Under the pieces are notes generated by a model. It worked only from the letters and a program-made list of their open reading frames with translations, was not told where the DNA came from and ran no database searches. Positions 12,001-21,931 of a DNA stretch of 64,000 nt are shown here, piece after piece. Each line of letters begins with the position of its first letter. Position 1 is the stretch's first letter. The stretch is from Auanema rhodensis. Taxonomy: Eukaryota; Animalia; Nematoda. The translations under genes and the position numbers were made by a program. The DNA lies in assembly GCA_964057225.1 (NCBI GenBank), contig OZ059896.1, positions 1,426,001 through 1,490,000 of the forward strand, written 5' to 3'.

Positions 12001-14895
12001 GTGAACTTATATCAGTTGATATCTCGGTGCATTTTCAAGCTAGCGCAAATCTGATAGTACAGATCGACGCAGCTTAAAAATCCGCATCGAATGCACTATA
12101 CTACATTGAGAAACGCTTAATACAAAATTTAGTTATGATCGTTTGAAAAATGATGCATTAGTGTATGTTGAGTTTCCATGTACACTCAACATTGCTTCCA
12201 AAAACATTTTGACAAAAATTTTTTCAAAAAATTTCAAAATAATTTAGCGAAAAGTAGATGTTTTTAGATTTCTTTTTTCAAGGCAAAAACGAAGGACAAT
12301 GTAATTCAACGAAAAAATTAATTCTTCAGGGTGAAAATCGAGGATATAAGTGTGAACTTATATCAGTTCATATCTCGGTGCATTTTCAAGCTAGCGCAAA
12401 TCTGATAGTACAGATCGACGCAGCTTAAAAATCCGCATCGAATGCACTATACTAAATTGAGAAACGCTTAATACAAAATTTAGTTATGATCGTTTGAAAA
12501 ATGATGCATTAGTGTATGTTGAGTTTCCATGTACACTCAACATTGCTTCCAAAAACATTTTGACAAAAATTTTTTCAAAAAATTTCAAAATAATTTAGCG
12601 AAAAGTAGATGTTTTTAGATTTCTTTTTTCAAGGCAAAAACGAAGGACAATGTAATTCAACGAAAAAATTAATTCTTCAGGGTGAAAATCGAAAATATAA
12701 GTGTGAACTTATATCAGTTGATATCTCGGTGCATTTTTCAGCTAGCGCAAATCTGATAACACAGATCGACGCAGCTTAAAAATCCGCATCGAATGCACTA
12801 TACTACATTGAGAAACGCTTAATACCAAAATTAGTTATGATCGTTTGAAAAATGATGCATTAGTGTATGTTGAGTTTCCATGTACACTCAAAATTGCTTC
12901 CAAAAACATTTTGACAAAATTTTTTTCGAAAAATTTCAAAATAATTTAGCAAAAAGTAGATGTTTTCAGATTCCTTTTTTTGAGGCAAAAACGATGGACA
13001 ATGTTATTCAACGAAAAAATTAATTCTTCAGGGTGAAAATCGAGGATATAAGTGTGAACTTATATCAGTTCATATCTCGGTGCATTTTCAAGCTAGCGCA
13101 AATCTGATAACACAGATCGACGCAGCTTAAAATTCCGCATCGATTGCATTATACTACAATGAGAAAAGCTTAATAAAAAAATTAGTTATGATCGTTTGAA
13201 AAATGATGCATTCGTGTATGTTGAGTTTCCATGTACACTCAAAATTGCTTCCAAAAACATTTTGACAAAATTTTTTTCGAAAAATTTCAAAATAATTTAG
13301 CAAAAAGTAGATGTTTTTAGATTCCTTTTTTCAAAGCAAAAACGATGGACAATGTTATTCAACGAAAAAATTAATTCTTCAGGGTGAAAATCGAGGATAT
13401 AAGTGTGAACTTATATCAGTTGATATCTCGGTGCATTTTCAAGCTAGCGCAAATCTGATAACACAGATCTACACAGCTTAAAAATGCGCATTGAATGCAC
13501 TATACTACATTGTGAAAAGCTTAATACAAAAATTAGTTATGATCGTTTGAAAAATGATGCATTAGTGTATGTTGAGTTTCCATGTACACTCAAAATTGCT
13601 TCCAAAAACATTTTGACAAAAATTTTTTCGAAAAATTTCAAAATAATTTAGCAAAAAGTAGATGTTTTTAGATTCCTTTTTTCAAGGCAAAAACGATGGA
13701 CAATGTTATTCAACGAAAAAATTAATTCTTCAGGGTGAAAATCGAGGATATAAGTGTGAACTTGTATCAGTTGATATCTCGGTGAATTTTTAAGCTAGCG
13801 CAAATCTGATAACACAGATCTACACAGCTTAAAAATGCGCATCGGATGCACTATACTACATTGAGAAAAGCTTAATACAAAAATAAGTTATGATCGTTTG
13901 AAAAATGATGCATTAGTGTATGTTGAGTTTCCATGTACACTCAAAATTGCTTCCAAAAACAATTTGACAAAAATTGTTTCGAAAAATTTCAAAATAATTT
14001 AGCAAAAAGTAGATGTTTTTAGATTCCTTTTTTCAAGGCAAAAACGATGGACAATGTAATTCAACGAAAAAATTAATTCTTCAGGGTGAAAATCGAGGAT
14101 ATAAGTGTGAACTTATATTAGTTGATATCTCGGTGCATTTTCAAGCTAGCGCAAATCTGATAACACAGATCTACACAGCTTGAAAATGCGCATTGAATGC
14201 ACTATACTACATTGAGAAAAGCTTAATACAAAAATTAGTTATGATCGTTTGAAAAATGATGCATTAGTGTATGTTGAGTTTCCATGTACACTCAAAATTA
14301 CTTCCAAAAACACTTTGACAAAAAATTTTCGTAAAATTTCAAAATAATTTAGCAAAAAGTAGATGTTTTTAGATTCCTTTTTTCAAGGCAAAAACGATGG
14401 ACAATGTAATTCAACGAAAAAATTAATTCTTCAGGGTGAAAATCGAGGATATAAGTGTGAACTTATATCAGTTGATATCTCGGTGCATTTTCAAGCTAGC
14501 GCAAATCTGATAACACAGATCTACACAGCTTAAAAATGCGCATTGAATGCACTATACTACATTGTGAAAAGCTTAATACAAAAATTAGTTATGATCGTTT
14601 GAAAAATGATGCATTAGTGTATGTTGAGTTTCCATGTACACTCAAAATTGCTTCCAAAAACATTTTGACAAAAATTTTTTCGAAAAATTTCAAAATAATT
14701 TAGCAAAAAGTAGATGTTTTTAGATTCCTTTTTTCAAAGCGAAAACGATGGACAATGTTATTCAACGAAAAAATTAATTCTTCAGGGTGAAAATCGAGGA
14801 TATAAGTGTGAACATATATCAGTTGATATCTCGGTGCATTTTCAAGCTAGCGCAAATCTGATAACACAGATCGACGCAGCTTAAAATTCCGCATC
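6040..14895. repeat. Block duplication of about 11 SatA monomers at a 14-monomer (4914-bp) offset: about 6040-9980 versus 10950-14895
   Basis: Rare variants pair at exactly +4914: 6640/11554, 7357/12271, 8221/13135, 8850/13764, 9900/14814. Confidence 0.9.
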
Positions 14896-15224
14896 GATTG
14901 CATTATACTACATTGAGAAAAGCTTAATAAAAAAATTAGTTATGACCGTTTGAAAAATGATGCATTAGTGTATGTTGAGTTTCCATGTACACTCAAAAAT
15001 GCTTCCAAAAACATTTTGACAAAATTTTTTTCGAAAAATTTCAAAATAATTTAGCAAAAAGTAGATGTTTTTAGATTCTTCACGTAAATTTCAAAGTCAT
15101 GGTTACCATGCACCAATATCAATAAAATTTTGTTTTTAGACTAATATGGACATGGGGAATCTAATTTTGAAAACCGCATCTCTTTATCTTTCACGTGAAG
15201 CGAGTTACATACCAAGTGCACATC

Positions 15225-15261
15225 ACGTGTACATTTAATTAGCATAAATTAAAGTTCACGT
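15225..15261. other. Inverted repeat spanning SatB monomer boundaries: ACGTGTACATTTAATT-agcata-AATTAAAGTTCACGT (first copy shown)
   Basis: The reverse complement of the right arm is ACGTGAACTTTAATT. It matches the left arm ACGTGTACATTTAATT at 14 positions, with one mismatch and one bulge; the loop is 6 nt. Confidence 0.85.
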
Positions 15262-17499
15262 AAACTTCAAACTCATGGTTACCATACACCAATATCAATA
15301 AAAATTTGTTTTTAGACTAATATGGACATGGGGAATCTAATTTTAAAAACCGCATCTTTTTATCTTTCACGTGAAGCGAGTTACATACCAAGTGCACATC
15401 ACGTGTACATTTAATTAGCATAAATTAAAGTTCACGTAAATTTCAAACTCATGGTTACCATGCACCAATATCAATAAAAATTTGTTTTTAGACTAATATG
15501 GACATGGAGAATCTAATTTTAAAAACCGCATCTCTTTATCTTTCACGTGAAGCGAGTTACATACCAAGTGCACATCACGTGTACATTTAATTAGCATAAA
15601 TTAAAGTTCACGTAAACTTCAAACTCATGGTTACCATACACCAATATCAATAAAAATTTGTTTTTAGACTAATATGGACATGGAAAATCTAATTTTGAAA
15701 ACCGCATCTCTTTATCTTTCACGTGAAGCGAGTTACATACCAAGTGCACATCACGTGTACATTTAATTAGCATAAATTAAAGTTCACGTAAATTTCAAAG
15801 TCATGGTTACCATGCACCAATATCAATAAAATTTTGTTTTTAGACTAATATGGACATGGGGAATCTAATTTTGAAAACCGCATCTTTTTATCTTTCACGT
15901 GAAGCGAGTTACATACCAAGTGCACATCACGTGTACGTTTAATTAGCATAAATTAAAGTTCACGTAAATTTCAAAGTCATGGTTACCATGCATCAATATC
16001 AATAAAAATTTGTTTTTAGACTAATATGGAAATGGGGAATCTAATTTTGAAAATCGCATCTCTTTATCTTTCACGTGAAGCGAGTTACATACCAAGTGCA
16101 CATCACGTGTACATTTAATTAGCATAAATTAAAGTTCACGTAAATTTCAAAATCATGGTTACCATGAACCAATATCAATAAAAATTTGTTTTTAGACTAA
16201 TATGGACATGGGGAATCTAATTTTGAAAACCGCATCTCTTTATCTTTCACGTGAAGCGAGTTACATTCCAGGTGCACATCACGTGTACATTTAATTAGCA
16301 TAAATTAAAGTTCACGTAAATTTTAAAGTCATGGTTACCATGAACCAATATCAATAAAAATTTGTTTTTAGACTAATATGGACTTGGGGAATCTAATTTT
16401 GAAAACCGCATCTCTTTATCTTTCACGTGAAGCGAGTTACATACCAAGTGCACATCACGTGTACATTTAATTAGCATAAATTAAAGTTCACGTAAATTTC
16501 AAAGTCATGGTTACCATGAACCAATATCAATAAAAATTTGTTTTTAGACTAATATGGACATGGGGAATCTAATTTTGAAAACCGCGTCTATTTATCTTTC
16601 ACGTGAAGCGAGTTACATACCAAGTGCACATCACGTGTACATTTAATTAGCATAAATTAAAGTTCACGTAAATTTCAAAGTCATGGTTACCATGCACCAA
16701 TAACAATAAAAATTTGTTTTTAGACTAATATGGACATGGGGAATCTAATTTTGAAAACCGCATTTCTTTATATTTCACGTGAAGCGAGTTACATACCAAG
16801 TGCACATCACGTGTACATTTAATTAGCATAAATTAAAGTTCACGTAAATTTCAAAGTCATGGTTACCATGAACCAATATCAATAAAAATTTGTTTTTAGA
16901 CTAATATGGACATGGGGAATCTAATTTTGAAAACCGCATCTCTTTATCTTTCACGTGAAGCGAGTTACATACCAAGTGCACATCACGTGTACATTTAATT
17001 AGCATAAATTAAAGTTCACGTAAATTTCAAAGTCATGGTTACCATGCACCAATATCAATAAAAATTTGTTTTTAGACTAATATGGACATGGGGAATCTAA
17101 TTTTGAAAACCGCATCTCTTTATCTTTCACGTGAAGCGAGTTACATACCAAGTGCACATCACGTGTACATTTAATTAGCATAAATTAAAGTTCACGTAAA
17201 TTTCAAAGTCATGGTTACCATGAACCAATATCAATAAAAATTTGTTTTTAGACTAATATGGACATGGGGAATCTAATTTTGAAAACCGCATCTCTTTATC
17301 TTTCACGTGAAGCGAGTTACATACCAAGTGCACATCACGTGTACATTTAATTAGCATAAATTAAAGTTCACGTAAATTTCAAAGTCATGGTTACCATGCA
17401 CCAATATCAATAAAAATTTGTTTTTAGACTAATATGGACATGGGGAATCTAATTTTGAAAACCGCATCTCTTTATCTTTCACGTGAAGCGAGTTACATA

Positions 17500-18900
17500 C
17501 CAAGTGCACATCACGTGTACATTTGATTAGCATAAATTAAAGTTCACGTAAATTTCAAAGTCATGGTTACCATGAACCAATATCAATAAAAATTTGTTTT
17601 TAGACTAATATGGACATGGGGAATCTAATTTTGAAAACCGCATCTCTTTATCTTTCACGTGAAGCGAGTTACATACCAAGTGCACATCACGTGTACATTT
17701 AATTAGCATAAATTAAAGTTCACGTAAATTTCAAAGTCATGGTTACCATGCACCAATATCAATAAAAATTTGTTTTTAGACTAATATGGACATGGGGAAT
17801 CTAATTTTGAAAACCGCATCTCTTTTTCTTTCACGTGAAGCGAGTTACATACCAAGTGCACATCACGTGTACATTCAATTAGCATAAATTAAAGTTCACG
17901 TAAATTTCAAAGTCATGGTTAGCATGAACCAATATCAATAAAAATTTGTTTTTAGACTAATATGGACATGGGGAATCTAATTTTGAAAACCGCATCTCTT
18001 TATCTTTCACGTGAAGCGAGTTACATACCTAGTGCACATCACGTGTACATTTAATTAGCATAAATTAAAGTTCACGTAAATTTCAAAGTCATGGTTACCA
18101 TGAACCAATATCAATAAAAATTTGTTTTTAGACTAATATGGACATGGGGAATCTAATTTTGAAAACCGCATCTCTTTATCTTTCACGTGAAGCGAGTTAC
18201 ATACCAAGTGCACATCACGTGTACATTTGATTAGCATAAATTAAAGTTCACGTAAATTTCAAAGTCATGGTTACCATGAACCAATATCAATAAAAATTTG
18301 TTTTTAGACTAATATGGACATGGGGAATCTAATTTTGAAAACCGCATCTCTTTATCTTTCACGTGAAGCGAGTTACATACCAAGTGCACATCACGTGTAC
18401 ATTTAATTAGCATAAATTAAAGTTCACGTAAATTTCAAAGTCATGGTTACCATGCACCAATATCAATAAAAATTTGTTTTTAGACTAATATGGACATGGG
18501 GAATCTAATTTTGAAAACCGCATCTCTTTTTCTTTCACGTGAAGCGAGTTACATACCAAGTGCACATCACGTGTACATTCAATTAGCATAAATTAAAGTT
18601 CACGTAAATTTCAAAGTCATGGTTAGCATGAACCAATATCAATAAAAATTTGTTTTTAGACTAATATGGACATGGGGAATCTAATTTTGAAAACCGCATC
18701 TCTTTATCTTTCACGTGAAGCGAGTTACATACCTAGTGCACATCACGTGTACATTTAATTAGCATAAATTAAAGTTCACGTAAATTTCAAAGTCATGGTT
18801 ACCATGAACCAATATCAATAAAAATTTGTTTTTAGACTAATATGGACATGGGGAATCTAATTTTGAAAACCGCATCTCTTTATCTTTCACGTGAAGCGAG
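17500..18900. repeat. Tandem duplication of a SatB tetramer (704 bp)
   Basis: Five rare variants recur at +704: 17525/18229, 17826/18530, 17876/18580, 17922/18626, 18030/18734. Confidence 0.9.
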
Positions 18901-21668
18901 TTACATACCAAGTGCACATCACGTGTACATTTAATTAGCATAAATTAAAGTTCACGTAAATTTCAAAGTCATGGTTACCATGAACCAATATCAATAAAAA
19001 TTTGTTTTTAGACTAATATGGACATGGGGAATCTAATTTTGAAAACCGCATTTCTTTATATTTCACGTGAAGCGAGTTACATACCAAGTGCACATCACGT
19101 GTACATTTAATTAGCATAAATTAAAGTTCACGTAAATTTCAAAGTCATGGTTACCATGCACCAATATCAATAAAAATCTGTTTTTAGACTAATATGGACA
19201 TGGTGAATCTAATTTTGAAAACCGCATCTCTTTATCTTTCACGTGAAGCGAGTTACATACCAAGTGCACATCACGTGTACATTTAATTAGCATAAATTAA
19301 AGTTCACGTAAATTTCAAAGTCATGGTTACCATGAACCAATATCAATAAAAATTTGTTTTTAGACTAATATGGACATGGGGAATCTAATTTTGAAAACCG
19401 CATTTCTTTATATTTCACGTGAAGCGAGTTACATACCAAGTGCACATCACGTGTACATTTAATTAGCATAAATTAAAGTTCACGTAAATTTCAAAGTCAT
19501 GGTTACCATGCACCAATATCAATAAAAATTTGTTTTTAGACTAATATGGACATGGTGAATCTAATTTTGAAAACCGCATCTCTTTATCTTTCACGTGAAG
19601 CGAGTTACATACCAAGTGCACATCACGTGTACATTTAATTAGCATAAATTAAAGTTCACGTAAATTTCAAAGTCATGGTTACCATGAACCAATATCAATA
19701 AAAATTTGTTTTTAGACTAATATGGACATGGGGAATCTAATTTTGAAAACCGCATCTCTTTATCTTTCACGTGAAGCGAGTTACATACCAAGTGCACATC
19801 ACGTGTACATTTAATTAGCATAAATTAAAGTTCACGTAAATTTCAAAGTCATGGTTACCATGCACCAATATCAATAAAAATTTGTTTTTAGACTAATATG
19901 GACATGGGGAATCTAATTTTGAAAACCGCATCTCTTTATCTTTCACGTGAAGCGAGTTACATACCAAGTGCACATCACGTGTACATTTAATTAGCATAAA
20001 TTAAAGTTCACGTAAATTTCAAAGTCATGGTTACCATGAACCAATATCAATAAAAATTTGTTTTCAGACTAATATGGACATGGGGAATCTAATTTTGAAA
20101 ACCGCATCTCTTTATCTTTCACGTGAAGCGAGTTACATACCTAGTGCACATCACGTGTACATTTAATTAGCATAAATTAAAGTTCACGTAAATTTCAAAG
20201 TCATGGTTACCATGAACCAATATCAATAAAAATTTGTTTTTAGACTAATATGGACATGGGGAATCTAATTTTGAAAACCGCATCTCTTTATCTTTCACGT
20301 GAAGCGAGTTACATACCAAGTGCACATCACGTGTACATTTAATTAGCATAAATTAAAGTTCACGTAAATTTCAAAGTCATGGTTACCATGAACCAATATC
20401 AATAAAAATTTGTTTTTAGACTAATATGGACATGGGGAATCTAATTTTGAAAACCGCATCTCTTTATCTTTCACGTGAAGCGAGTTACATACCAAGTGCA
20501 CATCACGTGTACATTTAATTAGCATAAATTAAAGTTCACGTAAATTTCAAAGTCATGGTTACCATGAACCAATATCAATAAAAATTTGTTTTTAGACTAA
20601 TATGGACATGGTGAATCTAATTTTGAAAACCGCATCTCTTTATCTTTCACGTGAAGCGAGTTACATACCAAGTGCACATCACGTGTACATTTAATTAGCA
20701 TAAATTAAAGTTCACGTAAATTTCAAAGTCATGGTTACCATGAACCAATATCAATAAAAATTTGTTTTTAGACTAATATGGACATGGGGAATCTAATTTT
20801 GAAAATCGCATTTCTTTATATTTCACGTGAAGCGAGTTACATACCAAGTGCACATCACGTGTACATTTAATTAGCATAAATTAAAGTTCACGTAAATTTC
20901 AAAGTCATGGTTACCATGCACCAATATCAATAAAAATTTGTTTTTAGACTAATATGGACATGGTGAATCTAATTTTGAAAACCGCATCTCTTTATCTTTC
21001 ACGTGAAGCGAGTTACATACCAAGTGCACATCACGTGTACATTTAATTAGCAAAAATGATGCATTTGTGTATGTTGAGTTTCCATGTACACTCCAAATTG
21101 CTTCCAAAAACATTTTGACAAAAATTTTTTCGAAAACTTTCAAAATAATTTAGCGAAAAGTAGATGTTTTTAGATTCCTTTTTTCGAGGCAAAAACGAAG
21201 GACAATGTAATTAAACGAAAAAATTAATTCTTCAGGGTGAAAATCGAGGATATAAGTGTGAACTTATATCAGTTCATATCTCGGTGCATTTTCAAGCTAG
21301 CGCAAATCTGATAGTACAGATCGACGCAGCTTAAAAATCCGCATCGAATGCACTATACTACATTGAGAAACGCTTAATACAAAATTTAGTTATGATCGTT
21401 TGAAAAATGATGCATTAGTGTATGTTGAGTTTCCATGTACACTCAACATTGCTTCCAAAAACATTTTGACAAAAATTTTTTCGAAAAATTTCAAAATAAT
21501 TTAGCGAAAAGTAGATGTTTTTAGATTCCTTTTTTCAAGGCAAAAACGAAGGACAATGTAATTCAACGAAAAAATTAATTCTTCAGGGTGAAAATCGAGG
21601 ATATAAGTGTGAACTTATATCAGTTCATATCTCGGTGCATTTTCAAGCTAGCGCAAATCTGATAGTAC

Positions 21669-21931
21669 AGATCGACGCAGCTTAAAAATCCGCATCGGAT
21701 GCACTATACTACATTGAGAAACGCTTAATACAAAAATTAGTTATGATCGTTTGAAAAATGATGCATTAGTGTATGTTGAGTTTCCATGTACACTCAACAT
21801 TGCTTCCAAAAACATTTTGACAAAAATTTTTTCGAAATTAATTCTTCAGGGTGAAAAGCGAGGATATAAGTGTGAACTTATATCAGTTGATATCTCGGTG
21901 CATTTTTAAGCTAGCGGAAATTTGATAACAC
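21669..21931. repeat. Truncated 263-bp SatA monomer (88-bp internal deletion, junction near 21837)
   Basis: TTTTTTCGAAA joins directly to TTAATTCTTCAGG. AGATCGACG anchors at 21669 and 21932 are 263 bp apart. Confidence 0.92.

Larger units (their letters stand above)
1..15078. repeat. 351-bp AT-rich tandem satellite (SatA), left array, about 43 monomers; continues beyond the window start
   Basis: AGATCGACGCAGCTTAAAAATCCGCATC recurs at 1, 352 and 703 (period 351). Copies differ at only a few substitutions and 1-bp homopolymer indels. About 31% GC by hand count. Confidence 0.98.
15079..21052. repeat. 176-bp tandem satellite (SatB), 33 full copies plus one 166-bp copy, embedded in SatA
   Basis: TTCACGTAAA(T/C)TTCAAA starts at 15079, 15255 and so on to 20887 (15079+33x176, so no net indel). 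The last copy stops at ...TTAATTAGCA (21052), lacking TAAATTAAAG. Confidence 0.98.

Noticed and set aside
15079-21052. CRISPR-like array (palindromic repeats at fixed spacing)
   Set aside because: The entire 176-bp unit is repeated, so there are no unique spacers. There is also no leader and no cas gene.
15079-21052. Transposon (Helitron, MITE or LTR element) carrying SatB
   Set aside because: No terminal inverted repeats, target-site duplication, CTRR 3' end, LTRs or any non-satellite bases at either junction.
20949-21143. 64-aa minus-strand ORF across the SatB/SatA junction
   Set aside because: It is a chance read-through created by the junction of two non-coding repeats.
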